Below are positions 1 to 8,637 of a DNA stretch of 53,938 nt, in pieces. The stretch is from a virus. Lineage: Duplodnaviria; Caudoviricetes. The stretch is taken from IMG/VR virus record IMGVR_UViG_3300048583_000290, positions 1 through 53,938 of that record; one strand, 5' to 3'. The position numbers and the translations under genes were made by a program. Position 1 is the stretch's first letter. Each line of letters opens with the position of its first letter. The notes below the pieces were generated by a model. The model was given only the letters and a program-made list of their open reading frames with translations. It ran no database searches and was not told where the DNA came from.

Positions 1-127
1 GCTGTCGCAGTTTTGAGGCCGTTGGCCATCGCTTGAATCGTCCCCACGCTCGTTATCCGGTTGAGTATCTTGATTCGGAAAGCAGAGTCAAGCGGAAAAC
101 ACGACTTTGCCCAAATTATTTCGGGCA
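1..127. repeat. Terminal 127-bp direct repeat (copy 1); circular-assembly overlap
   Basis: Identical to 53812-53938; length equals a common assembler k-mer; overlaps the protease gene start. Confidence 0.9.
63..92 (-). promoter_or_regulatory. Putative sigma70-type promoter for the head operon
   Basis: - strand TTGACT-N16-GATACT shortly upstream of the prohead protease start (also present in the end copy). Confidence 0.45.
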
Positions 128-278
128 GCGCCAAAACGAAACTCACCCGCGATGGCAGGGGGATACCAACGCGGGTGAGAAGCGGCGCAATGCAGGGTGG
201 AGCTAAAACCAACCAGATGCAGACCCCTTATAGGGGATAGGCGATGGCAAAGAAAGACCTTTTTTTAATCTGCGCTGT

Positions 279-1928
279 TTAGGCAATCCAAGCCATTTCG
301 TCCAGTTCTTGGGACTGGTTTGCGCCGAACGCAGCCATCACCGCTGCCACGATAGGGTCGATGCGCTGGCTGGACTTTTCCTTTGCAATCTTGCGGTTGC
401 CTGCCGGGTCACGCTGTGCTACTGCTGCGCCGACAGCCATGTTCAGCAAAGGATTGCCGCCATGCCGCACACGCCGACCCATTACGATTGCTTCAAAGTG
501 CTCCATCCGAGGACTCATGTCTTTGAAGCCCTGACCGACAGAGTGCCAATCGGCTGTCTGGAAGGCGCCAATGCGTGCGCAATCCTTCTTGAATTGCTCG
601 ATGCGCCAGCGGTCAAAGCAAACATCGGTCACGTCAATGCCGTGGTCATCGCACCACTTCTTCAGATACTCTGCGACCCAGTCATAAGTGATGATGCTGC
701 CGGGGACAAGTTGGAGAAGCCCTTGCGTTGACCAAAGCTGGTATGGCGCCTTGTCGCGCATTTCGCGTTGCTCGACCCCGATTTCTGGAGCGAACGAGAA
801 TGACATCAGGTGTGTTATCCCTTCATCATCCTCGGCAGCGAGGCACGCTGATGTAAGGTCGGTGCGCGTTGAAAGGTCAATGCCGAGCGTCACTCTGCGA
901 TTGCGGAACACTCCGATGTCAACATCATCCCGGCCATCTTTCCACGGCCCCGGTGGAAGCCATAGGCCGTGCCGCGCCACACGCTGATTCAAATTCAGGT
1001 TGCGGAACCTGGCTTCACTTTCTGGGATTTGCTTTGCTGTGTAGGCCTGTTGTGCCATATCCTTGATTGACCGGAACACTCCGAGGCCGGGGTTGCTGTA
1101 ATACCAGCCAACTTCGTCATCAAGCTCCATGTGCTTTGGAGTTTCAAAAACGAGCACTGCTGTGTTCGGCGATTGGTCGCGGGTTGCTGCGTCGATGGTG
1201 ACGCTCAGATAATCGCTGTCGCTCGCGGCTTGAGTTGAGATTATGGCGAACACAGGGTCTTCAACCGAGCCTTGGCTGGAGCGGAGCATCGAGACATAGT
1301 CATTGTCTGGGCCGACGATTTGGCCTGCTTCATCAAGAACAACGAGCTTGTAGCTGCGACCAAAGCCGGTGCGGGCTTCCGCTGCCAATGCCATGTATTC
1401 AACGCGGCGGATGATTCCAGTCAGGCGCTTGCCGCTCGGAACAGCCTTGATGAATGGCTGTAGTTGCGGGCTGATGGCAAGCATGTTCTCAATCTCTTTG
1501 TAGATGAGTGCTGCTTGGTCACGGCTCATTGCCGCGCTGGCGATGATGCTGTTGTGGATTGCGATGTGCGAGACAAGATGGATGATTACGATGCAAGCGA
1601 GAATGAACGTCTTGCCGTTGCGTCGCGCCATTGATAGGGCAAAGATTGCCGGTTTGACATCGAGCAGGATGTAGAAGATGATTTCTTGAAAGAACATAAA
1701 CCGCAGCGGTCTGCCGACAAGATTGCCGCTCGGCACCTTGGCTACAGTTTCGAGCAGACGCATGGATGCTTCTGCCGTTGTGAGTTCATTGTCCGGCAAA
1801 AGGCGCCAGTTGCGCGGTTTCAGTTTTTCCATTTCGAGGCACCGGATAGCCGCGAGGATTTCTGGCGTTATGGAAAGTGGTGCGCCAGGTTCAAATTCAT
1901 TTGGGTCGATGAATTCAATACGTTTCAT
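279..1928 (-). CDS. terL: Terminase large subunit
   Basis: Walker A-like MARRNGKT, Walker B VVLDEAG, nuclease GIDLS and C-terminal RIDPIVAAVMA; HK97/phi105-like family. Confidence 0.95.
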   Translation of the reverse strand: MKRIEFIDPNEFEPGAPLSITPEILAAIRCLEMEKLKPRNWRLLPDNELTTAEASMRLLETVAKVPSGNLVGRPLRFMFFQEIIFYILLDVKPAIFALSMARRNGKTFILACIVIIHLVSHIAIHNSIIASAAMSRDQAALIYKEIENMLAISPQLQPFIKAVPSGKRLTGIIRRVEYMALAAEARTGFGRSYKLVVLDEAGQIVGPDNDYVSMLRSSQGSVEDPVFAIISTQAASDSDYLSVTIDAATRDQSPNTAVLVFETPKHMELDDEVGWYYSNPGLGVFRSIKDMAQQAYTAKQIPESEARFRNLNLNQRVARHGLWLPPGPWKDGRDDVDIGVFRNRRVTLGIDLSTRTDLTSACLAAEDDEGITHLMSFSFAPEIGVEQREMRDKAPYQLWSTQGLLQLVPGSIITYDWVAEYLKKWCDDHGIDVTDVCFDRWRIEQFKKDCARIGAFQTADWHSVGQGFKDMSPRMEHFEAIVMGRRVRHGGNPLLNMAVGAAVAQRDPAGNRKIAKEKSSQRIDPIVAAVMAAFGANQSQELDEMAWIA

Positions 1929-2395
1929 CGGTTGGCCAAGAATGAGGGCATGTTATTGAGGGTGTCGTTCATTTCGCGTTCCGCCATCGCGCGCTTTGTG
2001 CCTGTGGCATCGTTTGGCAACATCCCACGAGTGAAGCCGAGCGCGCGCAGCATGAACACTTGGTTTTTCTGCGCGACCATCAACTGCTTGTTGTAGCTGA
2101 AGGCAATGCTGTCCTCATCGAATGGGTCTGCGCCCTGCATCATAAAGTTATCGAGTGTTGCGGAACCCTTGCGAATCAGCATCTCAAGCCGCACGACCCT
2201 GTAGGCAACAATCAAATCTGCTGGCGTCCACGACTTGAACGCGCGCGTCTGCATAAGCATTTCCCACACAGCCCGCTCATCGTCGGAATGCAGCAGGAAG
2301 CCCGGTGGTGGGTCATGCATTTTGCCCGCATCTTCGAGCAACTGGGCCTGACCGGCGGATGCGTTTAAGTCTGTGAGTCGGCCTGAGTTGGACAT
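1925..2395 (-). CDS. terS: Terminase small subunit (start could extend to 2485)
   Basis: Directly upstream of terL with ATGA overlap; helical, P27-like LRALGFT motif. Confidence 0.7.
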   Translation of the reverse strand: MSNSGRLTDLNASAGQAQLLEDAGKMHDPPPGFLLHSDDERAVWEMLMQTRAFKSWTPADLIVAYRVVRLEMLIRKGSATLDNFMMQGADPFDEDSIAFSYNKQLMVAQKNQVFMLRALGFTRGMLPNDATGTKRAMAEREMNDTLNNMPSFLANR

Positions 2396-2567
2396 ATTGG
2401 TATCTTGCCCTAGCGATAGCGCAGAGGAAAGCCCTTTAACACTCTGCCAAGGCTTGACGCCTCGGTATGCATTAATTGCAGACAATCCGGGGCGCTTGGT
2501 TTCTCTTGCGGCGCGGCGTCATATCCCCCCTCACCCACCGGCGCAACGCGTCATCAGCCCCAAGGCA

Positions 2568-2580
2568 TAAGTTGTTGATT
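2568..2580 (-). promoter_or_regulatory. IHF-binding consensus upstream of terS (probable cos region)
   Basis: AATCAACAACTTA matches WATCAANNNNTTR exactly. Confidence 0.55.
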
Positions 2581-2632
2581 GAATTGACGTTTGATGGCCC
2601 GTCATCGCGCCTCATCCCATCACTAAGAATAG

Positions 2633-2766
2633 TTAATGAAAGATTTATGAGTGGGGGTGGAAGGCAACGTGACCGGGCAGGCGCGACTCATTCGCGACAA
2701 AGTTAATGAAGTGTTAACAACGCCGACGGGTCGGCATCACTTAACAAAAGGTTAATGAAAGATTAA
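2633..2766. promoter_or_regulatory. Cluster of TTAA-N7-TTAA (CtrA-box-like) sites
   Basis: 2703-2717 perfect; 2741-2766 TTAA-N7-TTAA-N7-TTAA; 2633-2647 has one mismatch. Confidence 0.55.
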
Positions 2767-2783
2767 TGATGTTTTGAGGGCAC

Positions 2784-2815
2784 AAAAAAGCGCCGCGCTG
2801 GTGAGGCGCGGCGCT
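2784..2815 (-). terminator. Rho-independent terminator
   Basis: AGCGCCGCGC-loop-GCGCGGCGCT followed by a T run, just downstream of the 2836-3252 gene. Confidence 0.8.
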
Positions 2816-2835
2816 GAGGTGAGAGGGGCTGGCCG

Positions 2836-3252
2836 TTACTTGCGAGTGCGGCGCTGCTTGGGCTCTTCTGCCTGCTCTTCTGCGGGCTGCTCGATGTGTT
2901 CGCCGGTGAGGGCGATGATGCCCGCGACGATGGCTGCGGCCTGCTCTTCTGTTGCGTCCTGAGCCTCTGCGGGCTGCTCGATGACCGGCGCGATGACCGG
3001 CTGGCCGTTGCGCGTTGTCTTTGCGACCCACAAGCGGCCCTCGCTGTCGATGCGGCTGCCGTCCTGAACGAGAGCTTTGCGGAATTTCTGGTGAGCCGCG
3101 ATGCTGGCGTTGGGAAAGAGTGCGGCGAATGCTGCGGCGGTGGAGCGATACTCGGTGCCCGCGACGATGACGCTGGAGCGGGTGCTGCGAGCGATGCGCG
3201 TTTCTGCGTTGTTCCAGGAAAGCGAAACACCGAGTGCGTTGTTCTTGGTCAT
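2836..3252 (-). CDS. Putative DNA-binding protein (NUMOD/HTH-like), paralog of 30361-30933
   Basis: GAAGGA RBS; shares the GVS.SW.N.E....R..RS.V.V.G..Y.S.A.AF..L...H.KFR..L domain with 30361-30933. Confidence 0.7.
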   Translation of the reverse strand: MTKNNALGVSLSWNNAETRIARSTRSSVIVAGTEYRSTAAAFAALFPNASIAAHQKFRKALVQDGSRIDSEGRLWVAKTTRNGQPVIAPVIEQPAEAQDATEEQAAAIVAGIIALTGEHIEQPAEEQAEEPKQRRTRK

Positions 3253-3286
3253 GATAGTCTGTCCTTCAAAGTGGGCTGAAGTGCCC

Positions 3287-3316
3287 GGTTGCCGCTGGAA
3301 CCGCCCAGCGACAACC
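3287..3316 (-). promoter_or_regulatory. 5'-leader hairpin with GCGGU apex
   Basis: GGTTGTCGCTGG-GCGGT-TCCAGCGGCAACC upstream of the RBS. Confidence 0.6.
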
Positions 3317-3450
3317 CCTATGTAGGAGCTTGGGCCGGACAAGTAAACCCCTCTCAACAACTTTTTTTGTGTATCGGACAACTTTTTTTATTATACAGCG
3401 TTTTCAGTGGGTTAGCAGACACAAATTTTTCGCTATATAAGGCCACGCGG

Positions 3451-3590
3451 CGACAGGCGGCCCTAGGCGGCCCTAGGCGGCCCTAGGCGGCCCTCGTGGA
3501 GACTAGGCGGCCCTAGGCGGCCCTAGGCGGCCCTCGTGTCCCTAGGCGGCCCTAGGCGGCCCTCGTGGCCCTAGACGCGGCCCTAGGCTG
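3451..3590. repeat. 10-bp tandem repeat (CCCTAGGCGG)n, about 14 units with CCCTCGTG variants
   Basis: Directly visible; higher-order pattern of 2-3 core units plus one variant unit. Confidence 0.95.
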
Positions 3591-3656
3591 TCCTCAACCC
3601 CTCAACCCCTCAGAACATCAAAATTATTCATCAATTTCAATGGGTTATGCGGTTTT

Positions 3657-3872
3657 TGACGGAATGATGTGGGATTTCAACAACTTATGGTGTAATGATG
3701 TCGAGAGTGACGGAATGACGCCCAAAATGACGCGATGACGCGGCACCCGTCCAAAAAATCAACAGAATGACGGAAATGACTACCGAGTTGGTTACAATCC
3801 ACCGAGTTGGTTGAAATCCAGCAGTTGAGCGACAATTTCATCGCACTTTTGCAGAATCACTACCGGGTTGAT
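3657..3872. repeat. Dispersed AATGAC and ACCGAGTTGGTT repeats
   Basis: Several (G/A)AATGAC copies at 3657-3780; ACCGAGTTGGTT at 3782 and 3801; variant at 3862. Confidence 0.75.
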
Positions 3873-3891
3873 AGCATTCAAAAATACTTGT

Positions 3892-3950
3892 TTGCTTAGC
3901 ACTGTCAAGCGTCTAGGATACAAGAATTGGTTGGAGCGGTTCCGGCCAAT
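3892..3950 (+). promoter_or_regulatory. Early promoter plus GCGGU leader hairpin
   Basis: TTGCTT-N16-TAGGAT, then ATTGGTTGGA-GCGGT-TCCGGCCAAT, then GAAGG RBS. Confidence 0.65.
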
Positions 3951-3968
3951 AAATCAGAAGGCAAGATA

Positions 3969-4205
3969 ATGAAGCGTTTCACTGAAGATGAGCTCAAGCT
4001 CCAAGAGCAGATGGACAAAGACGTTTATGAATCGACGCGCAGCATGTTCGAGCATTTCGTGCTCCGGGTCATCCGCGAAGCAAAGCACGGCGGCGATGTC
4101 GCAAAGGACGTGGATGCCATTATCAATCTCTACAATGGCACGTCTGAATCGGCGCAGCGTTTGATGGGCAAAGTTCGCCGCCTCGACAATGAGGTGTCCA
4201 AATGA
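3969..4205 (+). CDS. Hypothetical early protein
   Basis: RBS, promoter, ATGA coupling to the next ORF. Confidence 0.7.
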   Translation: MKRFTEDELKLQEQMDKDVYESTRSMFEHFVLRVIREAKHGGDVAKDVDAIINLYNGTSESAQRLMGKVRRLDNEVSK

Positions 4206-4516
4206 CCCATATCTGCCCAATCTTCAACGAATTTGAGCGCAGCGATTTCATCGCCGTCACCGAATTTGGCGAAGTCAAAGTTGCAAGGTTTTTTGTCGCA
4301 GATTGTGAATGGGAGTTTGAGTGCCCAGTCGTCATTATCGGCCCCAATAGCCGCGCCAAGCGGTATGAAGGCGGCACAATCGAACTCATCCAGAAATTCA
4401 CCGAGCAAGGCATCGACGTGAAGCTCAACTCGCACGCAGCTGATTTTGTAAAGTATGTCCAAGATGAGCACCGCGATTATTTGGATTATCAAGCTTCAAA
4501 ATTCGATTGGAAGTAA
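4202..4516 (+). CDS. Hypothetical protein
   Basis: Coupled ORF in the + strand cassette. Confidence 0.7.
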   Translation: MTHICPIFNEFERSDFIAVTEFGEVKVARFFVADCEWEFECPVVIIGPNSRAKRYEGGTIELIQKFTEQGIDVKLNSHAADFVKYVQDEHRDYLDYQASKFDWK

Positions 4517-4517
4517 A

Positions 4518-4763
4518 ATGGCCCTCGTCAAAATCAACGGTCGCCAGCATTTCATTAACTGCGACACAATCACCATCAAGCCAGTTTCTGCGGGCCGGTG
4601 GGAAGTCAAGTATGACGACCATCACACCTTCATTGTTGTTGGCGGGCGGGACTCTGGCGGCGCGTCGAATGAGTGGTTCTGCTACCACCCAACTTATTAT
4701 GGCGAGAAGTGGTTGCCTTGCGCATCCATGGTTGAGGCGGTGAAGCTCGGCGTTCAATACTGA
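4518..4763 (+). CDS. Hypothetical protein
   Basis: Follows the previous stop by 1 nt; plausible composition. Confidence 0.7.
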   Translation: MALVKINGRQHFINCDTITIKPVSAGRWEVKYDDHHTFIVVGGRDSGGASNEWFCYHPTYYGEKWLPCASMVEAVKLGVQY

Positions 4764-4869
4764 GTGAGCCGCGCGGAATGACCGCCAATGCCGGAATGAC
4801 GACCGATTTGGTTGTCATCGTCGCATAACCCCCGATTTGGTTGGCAGCGTCATCATCACCGCACTGTTG

Positions 4870-5172
4870 TCATCCAAAATCATCGACAGGCCAGCCGTCA
4901 GCACCGAGTTGTTGGCGGCCAATTGCACGTCCACCACCCTTCTCTGAATGTCTGGCATTGTCGCACGGGACGCACAGGGCGCGTAGGTTGGACTCAACAT
5001 AAGCAAGGTCTGGCCGCGACTCAACACTCTTGATGTGGTCAATTCGAGCTTTGCCCTTGCCGGTTATGCTCGCTCCGCAGTGACTACACCGATGACCTGC
5101 GAGCCGCAGCACTTTCTGGCGCAGAGGCCACCATCTTTTGTCGTTATACACTTCTTGACGTGTTTTCGGCAT
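4870..5172 (-). CDS. HNH endonuclease (packaging-associated, HK97 gp74-like)
   Basis: CSHC...IDHI...NLRALCVPCDN, C-terminal GADGWP. Confidence 0.9.
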   Translation of the reverse strand: MPKTRQEVYNDKRWWPLRQKVLRLAGHRCSHCGASITGKGKARIDHIKSVESRPDLAYVESNLRALCVPCDNARHSEKGGGRAIGRQQLGADGWPVDDFG

Positions 5173-5197
5173 TAAATTACTCCTTTTTGGCGGTTCC

Positions 5198-5540
5198 GGC
5201 CCAGCTCTAGCCCAGCAGCGGCCCAGCTAAAGCCCAGCACGAAAATACGACGTAAGCCCCTGAAAAATAAGGATAAAAAGCTGATTTTTTCCCAGGAACC
5301 CAGCTGGGCCGCAGGTTCCCTTTTAGCGAGCCTCGCGGGCGCGCGCCTATGCCCGCCTATGCGTATATGCGCGAGCCGCGCCAATCTCAGACAGAATTGC
5401 CTTTCTAATTTTCTCTATCCTTTTTACCTTTCTAGCTGGGCTGCTGGGACTAAAAGAGAATAAAAGATAAGAAAAACAAGGGGTTAGCAAGTTTTTTTGT
5501 GCTGGGCTAGAGCTGGGCCGCGACCCAGGTGCAGCTGGGC
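5198..5540. other. Candidate replication origin
   Basis: Non-coding gap after the helicase gene; CCCAGC repeats at 11-bp spacing (5200, 5211, 5222, 5233) facing GCTGGG repeats (5435-5539); AT-rich tracts and IHF-like sites. Confidence 0.55.
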
Positions 5541-5563
5541 TGCGGCTCGCATCACGCCCTTCA

Positions 5564-7051
5564 TCAGAATGGCTCGTCATTCTCAGTTTTGGTATTGGCG
5601 GTCAGCACTGGCGCGGCTCGCTTCTTCCATTTCGACAAATCCGCAGGCACGGTCATATTTCCGCAACGATTGCGCGACAGCCAGCTTTTGGCAAAATCAG
5701 CTTGGTTTTTGATAATCACCTTATCCGTAACATAGACGCCATTGAACCGCTCATTGTCAACTCGAACACGACCGATGCCATAGTAACCATGCTCGCGCAT
5801 CTTGTGCGGAAAACTTTTGCCGAACACCAACTTGTCAATCATCTTTGAGTCATCATTTATCGACGCTGAATCCTCGATATATGCCCGAAATTCATTTGTG
5901 ATGAACACATCCGGGTTGCCTTGAGCTTCAAAGTAATTCTCCAAATAGTCATCCAAAGGCGTTCGCCGGACATTGCTCACCAACTCGCGCAGAGCCTCTT
6001 TTGATTCAGTCGTCGGTGCTTTGGCGCTCGGATTGAACGCGTGCAAATCCCGGCGGCTCAGCCAATGGATGGCATGCTTCCAGCCGCCGCCATTCATCCA
6101 CGCATAAAAGCGTTCAAAATACCCGTCTGGCCATTCCTCAGCCTTGCGCGCGGCATGAAGCAACGTCAATCTCCGGTCATCGTCCTCAATATGAAGCGAG
6201 AATGGATGATTGGTCGTTGTGAACAACGCAACTCGATTGGCGACCTCATACTCATCTATGCCCTTCCGTTCAACCGGAATGAACAGCGGCGGCGCGACCG
6301 TGACATCTTTGAGCGCCTCATATAGCTCGACACTACTCTGCTCGCGGCTGCTCGTTTCGTTAATGACGACCAGCAATGACCGAACCCAAGCATTGAACCT
6401 GCCGCCCGCTTTGCTTCCTTTCACCGTTTTCATTAAGCTGTTGCCGAGCCAATGCTGGAAGGGCACAAACAGAGTATCTTTGCCGCTGCCCTGCGGCCCG
6501 TGAATGACGCACAAGCCGTTCAACTTCCGGTCAGGGAATTGAACTTTGAACGCAAGCCGGTCAAGCAGCATCTGACGTTCAACCTCATTTGGGAAAAGTT
6601 GTTCGATATGATTGATATACGGCCCTGCGTCACCTTCCCAATCCGCATCAACTGCAATGGGCGGCAGGTATTCATTGAAGACCTTCATATTGGGGGCCTC
6701 GCGCAACTCCCCATCGCTGCACATATACCGCGCAATAATCTGCGGCATGCCAGGCCACCATGTTCGGCCATACACCAATCGCCCAAATTCCGGGTTCATG
6801 ATGTCAATCGTCGGCTTGACGAAAACAATTTCGCCTTCATCGTCCTCGAATGAGCGCCAAAACTCTCGTGGAATGACGCCATTTACAGTCGCGGCTGCCA
6901 CCATCGCGCCGCTCTTTACATCGATGAACTTCTCACTTGGAAGGTCAAAGACAAAATCTTCTGGGCGCGGCGTCCTGTCAATATAGTCATCGATGTGCGC
7001 TTCAGCTTTGGCCGCAAGCTCGTCATCATACGGGTCATTGTCGTCGCTCAT
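5564..7051 (-). CDS. SF3 (D5/DUF5906-like) replicative helicase
   Basis: Walker A GPQGSGKDT, Walker B LVVINE, motif C FTTTN. Confidence 0.85.
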   Translation of the reverse strand: MSDDNDPYDDELAAKAEAHIDDYIDRTPRPEDFVFDLPSEKFIDVKSGAMVAAATVNGVIPREFWRSFEDDEGEIVFVKPTIDIMNPEFGRLVYGRTWWPGMPQIIARYMCSDGELREAPNMKVFNEYLPPIAVDADWEGDAGPYINHIEQLFPNEVERQMLLDRLAFKVQFPDRKLNGLCVIHGPQGSGKDTLFVPFQHWLGNSLMKTVKGSKAGGRFNAWVRSLLVVINETSSREQSSVELYEALKDVTVAPPLFIPVERKGIDEYEVANRVALFTTTNHPFSLHIEDDDRRLTLLHAARKAEEWPDGYFERFYAWMNGGGWKHAIHWLSRRDLHAFNPSAKAPTTESKEALRELVSNVRRTPLDDYLENYFEAQGNPDVFITNEFRAYIEDSASINDDSKMIDKLVFGKSFPHKMREHGYYGIGRVRVDNERFNGVYVTDKVIIKNQADFAKSWLSRNRCGNMTVPADLSKWKKRAAPVLTANTKTENDEPF

Positions 7052-8076
7052 TGCCACTTCTCCCATTCCCCAGCATTTTCGTTCGCCGCTTCAAGAATTG
7101 CTTCATCTTGCTCTGCGACCCATTCAGTAAGGTGTCGCCAGCCCTTATCAGCGCAGTGACCGTGGTGGCATCGGAAAGCACCCGTCCACCCATTCTCTTC
7201 ATTTGGCTCGCGTATCGCGGCACCGCTGTTGGCAGCCCCTGAATGCTCATCAGTCCAAGGGCAAACAATCTGCGACCACCCTGCCATATCGGCCATCAGT
7301 GTCTTGAGCATCTTCGCCTGCCGCAGTGCCTTGCGCACATTCCTGAATGCGAGGATGCTGTCTTGCTTATCGACAGTCGCGCCGCGCGGCATCCCTCGAT
7401 TGACGACCGGCGCTGTCAGGTCAACGCCAAATGCCGCAGCCAGTGCTTCGGGCGCATATCGTCGGTCAGCGTCCAGCGATGCCAGCCTCACCTTCCACTG
7501 TTTGCCGTTCGCAGTCCGGTGCTTCGGCTTCCCGTTCACTCCAACTGGCGGCCTGAAAACGCGGTTGACGCCCGCCATTCCGGGGTCATTGCCCATAAAC
7601 TGCTTATCAATGAAGCCTTTGATGAGGCGCTCAAATAGGCCGATGTCAGTCACGGCGCAGTCGAACATATAGACTGCCTGATAATTGTCTTTCGATGTTT
7701 CGATGAGTGCGGTGCACGGCAACACCGATATGATGTCCATTGAAAATTTGGCGCCAGCCCCGGTGCCAATATCATCAATCATCAGGCAGAGGCCGCCAGC
7801 AAAATTCTCTTTGCGGCGGCGATATTCACCGCGCTCATTCTGCTTCATCGCCGAGACGCAAACATAGACGTTGGCGCCCTCGTCAATCTTGCCGGGTCCA
7901 TAAGTCTTGGCCGCCCAATTCTGCTTCTCGATGTCATTCGGGTCACCCCGGAATTGACATATCATCAATCTTGCGTCGCGCGGCACGTATTTGCCCATCG
8001 CACCGAAGAATGATTCCCATTCTGCCGCTTCATCCATATATGTTTGCCGCCACCACGATTGTTTAGCTCCCGCCAA
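7048..8076 (-). CDS. RepB-like AEP primase with C-terminal Zn-binding domain
   Basis: MIDD, IETSKDNYQAVY, RVFRPPVGVNGK, CPW..EH...FRCHHGHC. Confidence 0.8.
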   Translation of the reverse strand: MAGAKQSWWRQTYMDEAAEWESFFGAMGKYVPRDARLMICQFRGDPNDIEKQNWAAKTYGPGKIDEGANVYVCVSAMKQNERGEYRRRKENFAGGLCLMIDDIGTGAGAKFSMDIISVLPCTALIETSKDNYQAVYMFDCAVTDIGLFERLIKGFIDKQFMGNDPGMAGVNRVFRPPVGVNGKPKHRTANGKQWKVRLASLDADRRYAPEALAAAFGVDLTAPVVNRGMPRGATVDKQDSILAFRNVRKALRQAKMLKTLMADMAGWSQIVCPWTDEHSGAANSGAAIREPNEENGWTGAFRCHHGHCADKGWRHLTEWVAEQDEAILEAANENAGEWEKWQ

Positions 8077-8208
8077 TCCTTGTCTCAGCGCCCCGCTTCG
8101 CGCCTCGCGCCCGCCCCTCGCTACCGCCGCCGCGCCGGTTAGAACATGTTTTAAGCGCGTCTAGGGCCTTCCCCGCTACCTACCCCCAGCCGCCCGCTTC
8201 CGGCGCTC

Positions 8209-8508
8209 CTAGCCCCGTTCCGCCCGTTCCTTAAACATATCCCTTTTTGCGCTTTCCAGCAGCAGCATTTCGGCGCTATGCTGCCACGGCTTGCGGCGGC
8301 GCGTCATCGTATATTCAAATTCGGCCACCGACAGCTTTCGTTGAACGAGGTCAATCAATCCCTTGTCCTCTGCCATCAACAGCAGATTGCGGGAGCTTCG
8401 CATGTCCGCAGACAGCAGTGCGTCAACCGCAAAGAACCCTCGGTGATATGTTTTCGTCTGGCGCGGCTCAGCCGCAGCAATCCAGTTTGCTATCTCACGC
8501 AATGTCAT
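8209..8508 (-). CDS. Hypothetical protein
   Basis: YHRGF..D / G.I.LVQRK...FEY pattern recalled from alphaproteobacterial phage proteins. Confidence 0.65.
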   Translation of the reverse strand: MTLREIANWIAAAEPRQTKTYHRGFFAVDALLSADMRSSRNLLLMAEDKGLIDLVQRKLSVAEFEYTMTRRRKPWQHSAEMLLLESAKRDMFKERAERG

Positions 8509-8551
8509 ACATCTTCCCAAAAGCAGCTTAGGCGTCACCTCAACGCACAAT

Positions 8552-8636
8552 CAAGTAACGCCGAAGTAACGCCTAAGTATTCGCGTCAGATTACGGTGAG
8601 CGCCTAAGTAATCAGCCGCTCACCGTAAGTAACGGC
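8552..8636. repeat. AAGTAA(CG) repeats around a 12-bp inverted repeat
   Basis: Five AAGTA(A) copies; TTACGGTGAGCG/CGCTCACCGTAA stem. Confidence 0.7.
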
Positions 8637-8637
8637 A

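Noticed and set aside
108-236. Possible tRNA gene
   Set aside because: No T-loop GTTCRA or cloverleaf could be drawn; kept only as a generic structured element
3451-3590. Possible CRISPR or mini-array
   Set aside because: 10-bp contiguous tandem units with no unique spacers, and no cas genes
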